NCBI GenBank assembly: GCA_902771695.1
Contig: CACXXP010000005.1
Coordinates: 16,944-80,943, forward strand
Length of the DNA: 64,000 nucleotides
Direction: 5' to 3'
Origin: an uncultured Pseudomonadota bacterium
GTDB taxonomy: Bacteria > Pseudomonadota > Alphaproteobacteria > Rs-D84
Part shown: in pieces, positions 9,383-19,600 of the stretch
How positions within the stretch are numbered: position 1 is the first letter of the stretch
How the letters are laid out: every line of letters starts with the position of its first letter
Made by a program: the position numbers and the translations under genes
The notes under the pieces: generated by a model
What the model was told of the DNA's origin: nothing
Seen by the model: the letters and a program-made list of their open reading frames with translations, nothing else
Database searches by the model: none

Positions 9383-9916
9383 ATGGAAGATAAAATGCAA
9401 TGGTTTGTCGTTAATGTTCATACTGGGTGCGAAGACAAAGTTGCCCGTAATTTGCGTGAACAGATTGATAAACGTCGTTTAAATGCTTATTTCGGTGAAA
9501 TATTGGTTCCAACGCGTGAAGTGACCGAAATCAAGGCGGGCAAACGTGTAAAAACAGAAAAGAAGTTTTTCCCGGGCTATATTGTTGTCCAAATGGTTAT
9601 GAATAACGAAACGTTTTCATTGGTGAAATTGATGCCCCAGGTTGTAATGTTCTTGGGTGCACGTCAAAAGCCGGTGGCGGTCAGCGAAGAAGAAGCGCGC
9701 CGTCTGTTGAAACAGGTAGAAGAGGGCAGCACTGTCCCAGACGATATGGTTTACGAAGTTGGTCAAGAAGTACATGTTATTGATGGGCCGTTTGCGAACT
9801 TTAACGGTGTTGTTGCCGAAGTTGATAATGTAAAACAGAAAATGACTGTGACTATTTTGGTCTTTGGTCGTGAAACCAGTGTTGACCTGGAATTTGAACA
9901 GGTTGAAAGAGTTTAA
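9383..9916 (+). CDS. nusG: Transcription termination/antitermination factor NusG
   Basis: WFVVNVHTGCE, FFPGYIVV, KOW domain VIDGPFANFNG...VFGRET. Confidence 0.97.
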   Translation: MEDKMQWFVVNVHTGCEDKVARNLREQIDKRRLNAYFGEILVPTREVTEIKAGKRVKTEKKFFPGYIVVQMVMNNETFSLVKLMPQVVMFLGARQKPVAVSEEEARRLLKQVEEGSTVPDDMVYEVGQEVHVIDGPFANFNGVVAEVDNVKQKMTVTILVFGRETSVDLEFEQVERV

Positions 9917-9961
9917 TCGGCCGTAAAACGCCGACGGGCATGTGCAAGGCATGCCAACAAC

Positions 9962-9989
9962 CGTGGTAGATGCGCCACATCGCACCACG
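9962..9989 (+). promoter_or_regulatory. Probable L1-binding autoregulatory leader hairpin upstream of rplK
   Basis: CGTGG-taga-TGCG...CGCA-CCACG hairpin with internal bulge just before the rplK RBS; position matches known rplKA leaders. Confidence 0.45.
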
Positions 9990-10022
9990 AATCCAAAAAA
10001 ACAAAATAAAAAGGATTAGAAA

Positions 10023-10454
10023 ATGGCAAAAAAAGAACTTAAGGGGATTGTGAAACTTGTTGTCCCCGCAAAACAGGCAAATCCTGCACCACCAATCGGG
10101 CCGGCGTTAGGTGCGGCGGGTGTTAATATCGCCGAATTCTGCAAACAGTTTAACGATAAAACGTCTGATAAAGAACCAGGTATGCCGATTCCGTGCATAA
10201 TTACTGTTTATACAGACCGCAGTTTTGAATTTATTATGAAACTGCCACCTGTTTCTTATTATATTAAAAAGGCGTTGAAATTGAAAATCGGTTCTCATAA
10301 ACCGGGACGCGATTTTGTTGGCACAATAACCAAGGCACAAATCAAAGAAATTGCCGAAAGTAAGATGCCGGACTTGAATTGCTCTACCATTGAATCTGCG
10401 ATGAACATCGTTGCGGGTCAATGCCGTTCAATGGGCGTAAAGGTGGAGGAATAA
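10023..10454 (+). CDS. rplK: 50S ribosomal protein L11
   Basis: [31 protein letters not shown]. Confidence 0.98.
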   Translation: MAKKELKGIVKLVVPAKQANPAPPIGPALGAAGVNIAEFCKQFNDKTSDKEPGMPIPCIITVYTDRSFEFIMKLPPVSYYIKKALKLKIGSHKPGRDFVGTITKAQIKEIAESKMPDLNCSTIESAMNIVAGQCRSMGVKVEE

Positions 10455-10457
10455 GCC

Positions 10458-11132
10458 ATGAGAATTACAAAAAGACAAAAAACATGGTCTGATTTGGATC
10501 GCGCAAAAACATATTCTTTTGCCGATGCAATTGAAGCGTTGCGTCCATACAGTTCCAAGAAATTTGATGAAACGTTGGAAATTGCGGTTCGTCTTTCTGT
10601 TGATGTAACCAAGGCGGATCAAAACATTCGTGGAATGTTGTCTTTGCCAAATGGTACGGGTAAAAAGGTTCGCGTTGCGGTTTTCACTAATGACAAACAA
10701 GACGAAGCCAAAAAGGCGGGTGCGGATGTTATCGGTGGTGAAGATTTGATTGAAAAAGTCGCCGCAGGTCAAATTGATTTTGATCGCGTGATTGCAACAC
10801 CGGAAATGATGCCCAAGATGTCCAAGGTTGCACGTGTCTTGGGGCCAAAGGGTTTGATGCCAAATCCGAAATTGGGAACAGTGACAAATGATGTTGCAAC
10901 GGCTGTTGCAAGTGCCAAGGCCGGACAAATTGAATATCGTGCGGAAAAAAGCGGTATTATCCACGCCGGTATTGGTAAAATGTCATTTTCAACAGAAAAA
11001 TTGGTTGAAAACGCAAATGCGTTGGTTGACCAGTTGAAAAAGGTGAAACCTGCATCTTGCAAAGGTCAATATATCTTGGGTATTGCAGTTTCTACGACCC
11101 AAGGGCCAGGTTTGCAAATTGATGCAAAATAA
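10458..11132 (+). CDS. rplA: 50S ribosomal protein L1
   Basis: KFDETLEI, LPNGTGK, LGPKGLMPNPKLGTVT, STTQGPG. Confidence 0.98.
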   Translation: MRITKRQKTWSDLDRAKTYSFADAIEALRPYSSKKFDETLEIAVRLSVDVTKADQNIRGMLSLPNGTGKKVRVAVFTNDKQDEAKKAGADVIGGEDLIEKVAAGQIDFDRVIATPEMMPKMSKVARVLGPKGLMPNPKLGTVTNDVATAVASAKAGQIEYRAEKSGIIHAGIGKMSFSTEKLVENANALVDQLKKVKPASCKGQYILGIAVSTTQGPGLQIDAK

Positions 11133-11175
11133 AAATATGGTTTGCGGATTTTTCCACAAACCATAAACAAGATTT

Positions 11176-11223
11176 CTGTCCGTGACTGATGGTGCGGAAA
11201 CGCTTAATTTCCATCATAGACAA
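11176..11223 (+). ncRNA. L10 leader (rplJ autoregulatory element)
   Basis: GTCC-gtGAC-tGATGG-tgcggaaacgc-TTAA-tttCCATC-atAGAC fits the L10-leader layout, upstream of rplJ. Confidence 0.7.
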
Positions 11224-11331
11224 AGACAATTCTTTGGGACAGGAAATGGTCCCATCCCGGATAAAACCGGATGGAAAGTTTAACAAGAAATGGTTTGTGC
11301 ATTTGCATAAATCAGAAGTAAGGGTAAAAAG

Positions 11332-11811
11332 ATGAAACGCGAAGAAAAGTCAACTTTGATTTCAGCGTTGCAGTCGTCCTTGAAAGATGCGAACGGTGTT
11401 TTCGTCGTTGAAAACCACGGGCTTACCGTTAAAGAAATGGAAGGGTTACGCAATGAATTGCGTCCACTCGTTTCGGTTTTCAAGGTTGTTAAAAACCGTC
11501 TTATGAAATTGGCGTTGCAAGACACCGATTTTGCACCTGTATCCGACCTGATGAAACGTCCAACTGCGGTTGCGGTGGCGACAGATGGTTTGGCGGTGAC
11601 CAAGGTATTGGTTAAATTCGCCGAAGAACATCCAAACCTTACCATCGTTGGTGGTAAGATGGATGCGGATGTATTGGGCGTGGACGACATTGTGCAATTA
11701 TCCAAGCTTCCGTCACTGTTGGAAATTCGTGGTACGATTGCACGTATCTTGGTGGAACCAGGATCACGCCTTGCACGTGTTTCGGCAGAGTATGGAAAAA
11801 AGAATCAATAA
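11332..11811 (+). CDS. rplJ: 50S ribosomal protein L10
   Basis: VVENHGLTV, FKVVKNRLMKLAL, LSKLPSL; operon position. Confidence 0.96.
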   Translation: MKREEKSTLISALQSSLKDANGVFVVENHGLTVKEMEGLRNELRPLVSVFKVVKNRLMKLALQDTDFAPVSDLMKRPTAVAVATDGLAVTKVLVKFAEEHPNLTIVGGKMDADVLGVDDIVQLSKLPSLLEIRGTIARILVEPGSRLARVSAEYGKKNQ

Positions 11812-11856
11812 ATTATTGGAATATAACTTTCCAGTAAAGATAAATAGGAGCAAAAA

Positions 11857-12225
11857 ATGGCAGACATTCAAAAATTAGTTGAAGAATTGTCAAAATTAAC
11901 TGTCTTGGAAGCAGTTGAATTGTCCAAGGCATTAGAAGAAACATGGGGCGTTAGCGCAGCCGCCGCAGTTGCAGTTGCCGCAGGCCCAGCCGCCGGTGCA
12001 GCCGCCGAAGAAAAAAGTGAATTTGATGTTGTTCTGACAGATGTCGGTGCAAACAAATTGGCTGTTATCAAGGCAGTGAAAGATATCACAGGTTTGGGAT
12101 TGGGTGAAGCCAAAGCTTTGGTTGAATCCGCACCAAAGGCCGTGAAAGAAGCAGTTGCAAAAGATGAAGCAGAAAAAATGAAAGCAACCATCGAAGCAGC
12201 TGGTGCAAAGGTGGAATTGAAATAA
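11857..12225 (+). CDS. rplL: 50S ribosomal protein L7/L12
   Basis: LTVLEAVEL, Ala-rich hinge, [23 protein letters not shown]. Confidence 0.98.
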   Translation: MADIQKLVEELSKLTVLEAVELSKALEETWGVSAAAAVAVAAGPAAGAAAEEKSEFDVVLTDVGANKLAVIKAVKDITGLGLGEAKALVESAPKAVKEAVAKDEAEKMKATIEAAGAKVELK

Positions 12226-12231
12226 TTATTT

Positions 12232-12330
12232 CACCGAACCAACACGGTTCGTAAAAAATAGTGGTCACGACTATCGTGACAAAATCCGTGCCCGCCATAG
12301 AGAAATCTATTGGCGGGCGACGGGCGAAAA
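12232..12330 (+). promoter_or_regulatory. Multi-hairpin rplL-rpoB intergenic leader (possible attenuator or processing site)
   Basis: CGAACC/GGTTCG, GTCACGA/TCGTGAC and a long GCCCGCCA-TAGA-gaaa-TCTA-TTGGCGGGC hairpin. Confidence 0.4.
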
Positions 12331-12388
12331 AAAGTATACGTAATAGTTTCGTTTGCAAAGCACACAATAAAAAAAAGGATAGAAACCC

Positions 12389-15300
12389 ATGGCAGTTATC
12401 CAAAAACTTAGAAAATCTTTTGGTAAAAGTTTTTTGCAAACTCCGCTTCCTGATTTGATAGAAATTCAATACAACTCCTACAGGGATTTCTTGCAGGCAG
12501 ATGTTGCGCCACAAAATCGTAAGAATGTGGGGTTGCAAAATGTATTTTCTTCCATGTTCCCTATCAAGGATTATGCGGGGGCCGCTGAATTGGAATTCGT
12601 TGAATACAATTTAGAAAAACCGGCATACAACGTGAAAGAATGTCTTGCACGCAAGATGACATATTCCAGCAAATTGAAATTGAAGCTGAGATTAATCTTA
12701 TGGGATGTCGCCGAAGATGGTAAAAAAACCTTGCGCGATATCAAAGAACAAGAAATCTTTATGGGTGAAGTGCCACTTATGACTGAACGTGGCAGTTTTA
12801 TTGCATCGGGTGTGGAACGCGTTATTGTTTCGCAGATGCATCGTACCCAAGGTGTCGTCTTCGCAACAACCAAAGAAGCCAAAATTGCGGGCAATCCTAT
12901 TACGTATACTGCGCGTATCATTCCAGAACATGGTTCTTGGATTGATTTTGAAGAATCCAAAGGCGTTATTTATGTTCGTATTGACCGTCGTCGTAAAATA
13001 CCTGCGACGGTTTTGTTGCGTTGCCTGCCATGTGCCGAAGACGAAAAGAAATGGATTGCCGAACCACGCAAAACAACAATTCGTGGTATGACGGATACAG
13101 AAATTTTGTCTGTATTCTATAAACGTATCCCACTTAAGACCAATGGTAAAATGTGGATTGGTGCGACAAATGTTTTTGAAGGTTTGGATAAATATCGTTT
13201 GAACTATGATTTGATAAATCCAAAAGATAAAAAGGCATTGGCGTCCAAGGGTGATAGGTTGAATGCAAAACGTTTGTCCAAGATTACCACCGTATCCAAA
13301 GAATTTGGTATCATGCCAGATGCATTGATTGGCGAATACTTGTTTGATCCAATTATGTCTGGTGACCAGGTTATGTATCAATCGGGTACAGAAATCACCG
13401 AAGAAGTTTTGGCAGATATTGAAAAGTTGGGTATCAAAGAGATATCTCTTATATCCATAGACAATACAACATTAAGCGCACATATGCGCAATACGTTGAT
13501 TGCGGATAAAACAACAAACCGTGAAGAAGCACTGATTGAAATTTATAATATCATCAGACCGGGTGAACGTCCAACATTAGAAGCAGCAATCAATCTGTTT
13601 ATGCGTCAAGGTTTTGAATTAGCATATTATGATTTATCGCCGGTTGGTCGTTTCAAAATGAACAAACGTCTGAAAATTGATTCTGGGAAAAAACCAGAAG
13701 ACGAACGTTTGCTGACGAAAAACGATTTCTTGGCGGTATTGAAAACATTAACCAATATCATTGATCACAAAGATACAATTGATGATATTGATAATCTGTC
13801 AAATCGTCGTGTTCGTACAGTTGGCGAATTGTTGGAACAGAATTTCCGTACAGGTATGGTTCGTATTGAAAGATTGGTGCGCGAAAGTTTGTCTTCACCA
13901 AACATTGCGACAATGCAACCCCAAGATGTTGTTAACGTAAATCCGTTGATGTCATTGGTTGCGGAATTCTTGGGAACCAGCCAATTGTCACAGTTTATGG
14001 ATGCGTATAATCCGCTTTCTGAATTGGAACACAAACGTCGTATTTCTGCATTGGGGCCTGGGGGGCTTAATCGTGAACGTGCCGGTATTGATGTCCGAGA
14101 CGTTCATCCAACACACTATGGTCGTTTATGCCCAATTAACACACCCGAAGGTGCAAACATTGGTTTGATTAACCACCTTGCGTCATATGCACGTGTTAAT
14201 CCGTATGGGTTTATTGAAACACCATACTATGTTGTAGAAAACAGCAAGATTACCGATAAAATGGTGTATTTGACGGCTGATGAAGAATTGGGTCACAAAA
14301 TTGCCCAAGGTAACACCCCAACAAACGATAAAGGTGTTTTGACCGAAGAATTGGTTACTGCACGTGTTGACGGTGAATTTACCCGTGTACCGCGCAGCGA
14401 AGTCGATTTGATTGACGTTGAACCGCGTCAGGTGGTGTCAATATCAACTGGACTTATTCCATTCGTTGAAAACGACGACGCGAACCGTGCGTTGATGGGA
14501 TCAAACATGCAACGCCAGGCCGTGCCTTTGATGCGTGTACAAACACCGTTGGTTGGTACCGGTATTGAACGCGAAGTTGCACGTGATTCCCGTACAGGTA
14601 AAGTTGCAAAACACAGCGGTATCGTTGAATCTGCAGACGCAAATCGTATTGTGGTTAAATGTATGAACAGTCGCAACGTTGTGACCGGTGTTGATATTTA
14701 CAACCTTGAAAAATACGAACGTTCAAACAACGATACAATCTTGCACCAAAAACCATTGGTCAAAGCGGGCGATCGTATTTCTGCGGGTGACATTATCGCA
14801 GACGGTTCGTCAATGAACTATGGTGAATTGGCGTTGGGTCGTAATGTGTTGGTCGCATTCGTGCCATGGCGTGGATACAACTATGAAGATTCTATTGTGA
14901 TTTCCGAAAAGATTTCACGTGACGATGTTTATACATCTGTAAAAATCGTTGAAAAAGAAATCAAAGTTCGTGATACACAATTGGGACCAGAAAGTTTAAC
15001 ACGTGATATTCCAAATGTTAGTGAAGAAGCATTAAAGAATTTGGACGAATCTGGTATTATTTACATCGGTGCGCGCGTAAAGCAGGGTGATATTTTGGTT
15101 GGACATGTTTCACCGAAATCTGAAACATTGCTTACACCTGAAGAAGCACTGTTGCGCAACATCTTTGGTGACAAGGCACAAAATGTAAAAGATACATCTT
15201 TACGTGTTGGTCCAAACGAAGAAGGTACGGTTATCGGTGTGAACATCTTGACACGTCACGGTGTTAAAAAAGATGAACGTACCCAGATGATTGAACTTGA

Positions 15301-16525
15301 AAAAATCAACAAGATAAACAAAGACCGTGATGAAGAAATCTTGATTATTGAAAAGGGTTTCGCAGACCAGGTATTCCAAATGGCCGAAGGTCAAACAATT
15401 GAATCTGGCACGGGCAGTATTAAACCGTTTGTTGGTAAAAAACTTACGCAAGAAGTTTTTGAAGCAATCAAACCGGTTGATGTTAAAAAATTATCTGTGG
15501 GCAATAAAGAAGTTCAGGCCAAGCTTGACGAATTGCGTGAACAACATGCAATAAAGTTAAAACAATTGAACGAAAATGCAGACCGCGAAATTGAAAAGGC
15601 AACCGAAAGTAATTCTTTGAATGCGGGCGTTTTGAAAGAAGTCAAGGTTTACATTGCACACAAGATGAAATTACAACCAGGTGATAAAATGGCCGGTCGT
15701 CACGGAAACAAGGGTATCGTATCTCGTGTTGTGCCGATTGAAGACATGCCACACATGGAAGATGGAACCCCGGTTGATATCGTGTTGAACCCATTGGGTG
15801 TGCCAAGTCGTATGAACTTTGGTCAGATTTTGGAAACACACCTTGGGATGGCGGCACGTGCATTGGGTGAACAGATTGGCGCCGTATTAGACGAAGTAAA
15901 ACAAAAACGCGCTGTCACGGATGACTTGCGTGCAATTATGGGCAAGATTTATGGTAAAGATACCGCCGAAAAATTGGCCAAAATGACCGATACCGATGTT
16001 CGTGCCCAGGCCGCGTTGTTGCGTGATGGTGTGCCAATGGCAACACCTACATTTGACGGTGCAACCCCCGAAGATGTTCGCAAGATGTTGAAATTGGCGA
16101 AATTGCCGGAAACAGGTCAGTTCACATTGTATGACGGTGTGACCGGTGAAAAGTTTGCACGTCCGGTTACGGTTGGTGTCATGTACATGTTGAAATTGCA
16201 TCACTTTGTTGATGAAAAGATTCACGCACGTTCCACGGCAAGTTATTCGCTTGTCACACAACAGCCATTGTCCGGTAAGGCACACATGGGTGGTCAGCGT
16301 CTTGGAGAAATGGAAGTGTGGGCATTGGAAGCACACGGTGCAGCACACTTGTTGCGTGAAATGTTGACGGTGAAATCTGACGATATTGTTGGCCGTAACA
16401 AGATGTATGAATCCATCATATCGGGCAGTGATGACATCCAAACCGGTACCCCCGAAGCGTTCAACGTGTTCGTACGTGAATTGCGCGGGCTTGGGTTGGC
16501 AATGACACCAAAGAAGATTGATTAG
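12389..16525 (+). CDS. rpoB: RNA polymerase beta subunit
   Basis: 1378 aa; SQLSQFMD, HKRRISALGPGG, GDKMAGRHGNKG, GGQRLGEMEVWALEAHGA. Confidence 0.99.
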   Translation: MAVIQKLRKSFGKSFLQTPLPDLIEIQYNSYRDFLQADVAPQNRKNVGLQNVFSSMFPIKDYAGAAELEFVEYNLEKPAYNVKECLARKMTYSSKLKLKLRLILWDVAEDGKKTLRDIKEQEIFMGEVPLMTERGSFIASGVERVIVSQMHRTQGVVFATTKEAKIAGNPITYTARIIPEHGSWIDFEESKGVIYVRIDRRRKIPATVLLRCLPCAEDEKKWIAEPRKTTIRGMTDTEILSVFYKRIPLKTNGKMWIGATNVFEGLDKYRLNYDLINPKDKKALASKGDRLNAKRLSKITTVSKEFGIMPDALIGEYLFDPIMSGDQVMYQSGTEITEEVLADIEKLGIKEISLISIDNTTLSAHMRNTLIADKTTNREEALIEIYNIIRPGERPTLEAAINLFMRQGFELAYYDLSPVGRFKMNKRLKIDSGKKPEDERLLTKNDFLAVLKTLTNIIDHKDTIDDIDNLSNRRVRTVGELLEQNFRTGMVRIERLVRESLSSPNIATMQPQDVVNVNPLMSLVAEFLGTSQLSQFMDAYNPLSELEHKRRISALGPGGLNRERAGIDVRDVHPTHYGRLCPINTPEGANIGLINHLASYARVNPYGFIETPYYVVENSKITDKMVYLTADEELGHKIAQGNTPTNDKGVLTEELVTARVDGEFTRVPRSEVDLIDVEPRQVVSISTGLIPFVENDDANRALMGSNMQRQAVPLMRVQTPLVGTGIEREVARDSRTGKVAKHSGIVESADANRIVVKCMNSRNVVTGVDIYNLEKYERSNNDTILHQKPLVKAGDRISAGDIIADGSSMNYGELALGRNVLVAFVPWRGYNYEDSIVISEKISRDDVYTSVKIVEKEIKVRDTQLGPESLTRDIPNVSEEALKNLDESGIIYIGARVKQGDILVGHVSPKSETLLTPEEALLRNIFGDKAQNVKDTSLRVGPNEEGTVIGVNILTRHGVKKDERTQMIELEKINKINKDRDEEILIIEKGFADQVFQMAEGQTIESGTGSIKPFVGKKLTQEVFEAIKPVDVKKLSVGNKEVQAKLDELREQHAIKLKQLNENADREIEKATESNSLNAGVLKEVKVYIAHKMKLQPGDKMAGRHGNKGIVSRVVPIEDMPHMEDGTPVDIVLNPLGVPSRMNFGQILETHLGMAARALGEQIGAVLDEVKQKRAVTDDLRAIMGKIYGKDTAEKLAKMTDTDVRAQAALLRDGVPMATPTFDGATPEDVRKMLKLAKLPETGQFTLYDGVTGEKFARPVTVGVMYMLKLHHFVDEKIHARSTASYSLVTQQPLSGKAHMGGQRLGEMEVWALEAHGAAHLLREMLTVKSDDIVGRNKMYESIISGSDDIQTGTPEAFNVFVRELRGLGLAMTPKKID

Positions 16526-16610
16526 TGGATAGTGTAAGTGGTTAGTGGTTAGTAAAATATACTAATCACTGCCATCACTAATCACTATCACTAACCACTA
16601 ATAACTACTA
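16522..16610. repeat. Inverted array of heptamer repeats (TAGTGGT-like, then ATCACTA/ACCACTA-like)
   Basis: About 5 left units and 7 right units around the TTAGTA-aaata-TACTAA centre, between the rpoB stop and rpoC RBS. Confidence 0.85.
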
Positions 16611-16624
16611 AGGAGCTTAGAAAT

Positions 16625-19600
16625 ATGACAAATATGTTGCAAAAGATATTTGGACAAATTGAAACCAGGGAACAATTTGATGCATTGCGTGTGACGATTG
16701 CATCCCCAGAAGAAATTCTTTCTTGGTCTCATGGCGAGGTCACAAAGCCAGAAACAATCAACTATCATTCGTTGAAACCCGAAGCCGATGGTTTGTTCTG
16801 CCAAAAGATTTTTGGACCTGTCAAAGATTATGAATGTGCATGCGGAAAATATAAAAGAATTAAATTCCGCGGAACAATCTGCGAACGTTGCGGGGTTGAA
16901 GTTGGCGCGTCATCTGTGCGTCGTGAACGTATGGGACATATTAAATTAGCAATGCCGGTTGCGCATACGTGGTTCTTGCGCGAAGGCAAGATTGCAACAT
17001 TGTTGAATAATTTGTCACAAAAGAAATTGGAACAGGTTATTTCGTATGATGCGTATATTGTTATTGAACCAGGTCTGACAAGTTTAAAACCGTATGATGT
17101 CATCAGTGAAGATGAATATCGTGCCGCAGTTGAAGAATTTGGTCAAGACAGTTTCCGCGTTGGAATCGGTGCCGAAGGTGTTCGTAGCATAATTGCTAAT
17201 TTGGATATGGGTGATGAAAGAACACGTCTGCGCGGTGAATTGGCGAATACTCAATCCGAAGCGAAACGCAAATCAATCATCAAACAATTGAAATTGGTTG
17301 AAGCGTTCTTGGATTCTAAAACAGAACCGGCGTGGATGTTGCCAGATATTATCCCGGTTATTCCACCAGATATGCGACCATTGGTCACGTTGGATGCGGG
17401 GCATGTTGCGGCATCTGATTTGAACGATTTGTATCGTCGTGTTATTATTCGTAACAATCGTTTGAAACGCTTTATGGAAATGCATGCACCTGAAATCATT
17501 ATTCGTAATGAAAAACGCATGTTGCAAGAAGCGGTTGATTCATTGTTTGATAACGAACACAAGGCACGTCCGATGGTTTCACAAAATCGTCGTCCACTTA
17601 AATCATTATCTGGGTCGTTGCGTGGTAAATCTGGACGTTTCCGTATGAACTTGCTTGGTAAACGTGTTGATTATTCTGGTCGTAGTGTGATTGTGTCTGG
17701 ACCATCATTAAAGATGCACCAAGTTGGTTTACCAAAGGCAATGGCATTGGAATTGTTTAAACCATTTGTGTTTGCACGTTTGATGGCGGGTGATTATGCG
17801 AATACATTAAAGACCGCACGTAAAATGGTTGAAAACGGTGAAGATATCGTATGGGAAATCTTGGAAAAGGTTATCCACGAACATCCGGTATTGCTGAACC
17901 GCGCACCTTCGTTGCACAGATTGTCATTGTTGGCATTTGAACCTGTGTTGATTGAAGGCAAGGCAATTCGTTTACACCCATTGGTATGTAAGGGATTCAA
18001 TGCGGACTTTGACGGTGACCAGATGGCTGTGCACGTTCCAATTTCTTTGGAAGCACAATTGGAAGCACGCACACTTATGTTATCAACAAATAACATTTTG
18101 TCACCGGCGAATGGTGAACCAATGACCGTTCCATCACAAGACATGGTGTTGGGTATTTACTATATTTCATTGATAAATGGTGAACATACTGAAAAATCAC
18201 CGCGCTTTATCAATATGGACGAAGTAAAATTAGCATTGGAAAACAAAACGATTACATTACACACCCCAATCGTCGCACGTATCAACGGGAAAAATTATAA
18301 AACAACCGCTGGGCGTATGATTATTGGTGAATTGTTACCAAAATCTGACAATATGCCATTTGATTTGGTAAACAAAGTAATGGGTCGTGGTGATTTGGAA
18401 TCTCTGTTGTCAATTACATATGAACGTTGTGGTGACAAAGCAATGATTCTGTTGGCCGATGCGTTAAAGAACACAGGGTTTGAACAAGCGGCCCGCAGTG
18501 GTATTTCAATTGGATTTGATGACGTTGTCATTCCAGAAGAAAAAGAACAAATGATTGCTGACGCTGAAAAAGCCGCCGCGGATATTGAAGAACAATATCA
18601 AAACGGTTTGTTGTCATCTGGGGAACGTTACAATAAATTGATTGATATGTGGCAGCGTACAACCGATAACCTTGGGAAAATGGCGTATGCCGCGTTGGGT
18701 AAATCAACGGGTGATAATTGGAATTCAATTTACATGATGGCTGATTCCAAGGCCCGTGGTTCCAAAAACCAGATTCAACAGTTGGCGGGTATGCGTGGTA
18801 TGATGCAGAAGCCAGATGGTTCAATTATTGAAGTTCCGATTATTTCAAACTTTAAAGAAGGTTTGACAATGGCGGAATACTTTACATCAACCCACGGTGC
18901 ACGTAAAGGTTTGTCCGATACCGCGTTGAAAACCGCCCAGGCAGGTTACCTGACACGTCGTTTGGTTGACTTGGCATTGAATACGGTTATTACAGAACAT
19001 GATTGCGGAACCAAAGAATTTATTACCGCACGTCCAGTTTATCAAGGCAGCACACTGTCTGTACCACTGGGGGATGTGGTTTTGGGACGTACCGCCGCAA
19101 AAGATATCGTTCATCCAATAACCAAAGAAGTTATTGTGCCGGCTGGCGAATTGATTACCAAAGTTGCCGCGCGTCAAATCAACGAATCTGGATTACCAAG
19201 CGTTGATGTTCGCAGTGTTCTTACATGCTGCAGTGATGGTTTGTGTGCAAAATGTTATGGTATGGATTTGTCACGTCAATCGTTGGTTCATGTTGGTGAA
19301 GCGGTCGGTGTTGTTGCCGGTCAATCAATTGGTGAACCTGGGACCCAGTTGACGTTGCGTACCTTCCACATCGGTGGTATTGCGTCTGGGGGTGCCGAAA
19401 GTCACTATATCGAAGTGCCGGTTGCCGGAACAATCAAATTGTCGGGTGTGAATACGATTACTAATTCTGTGGGTCGTGTTGTTGTATTGTCGCGTAATGG
19501 CAAGGTCGCAATTGTTTCACCAAAAGGTGATGAATTGTTCAGTTGCGCATTACCGTATGCATCCATGTTGATTGTAAACGATGGCGACAAAGTTGAAAAG

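Noticed and set aside
16522-16610. CRISPR array
   Set aside because: Units are 6-7 bp, contiguous and inverted; no spacers and no cas genes
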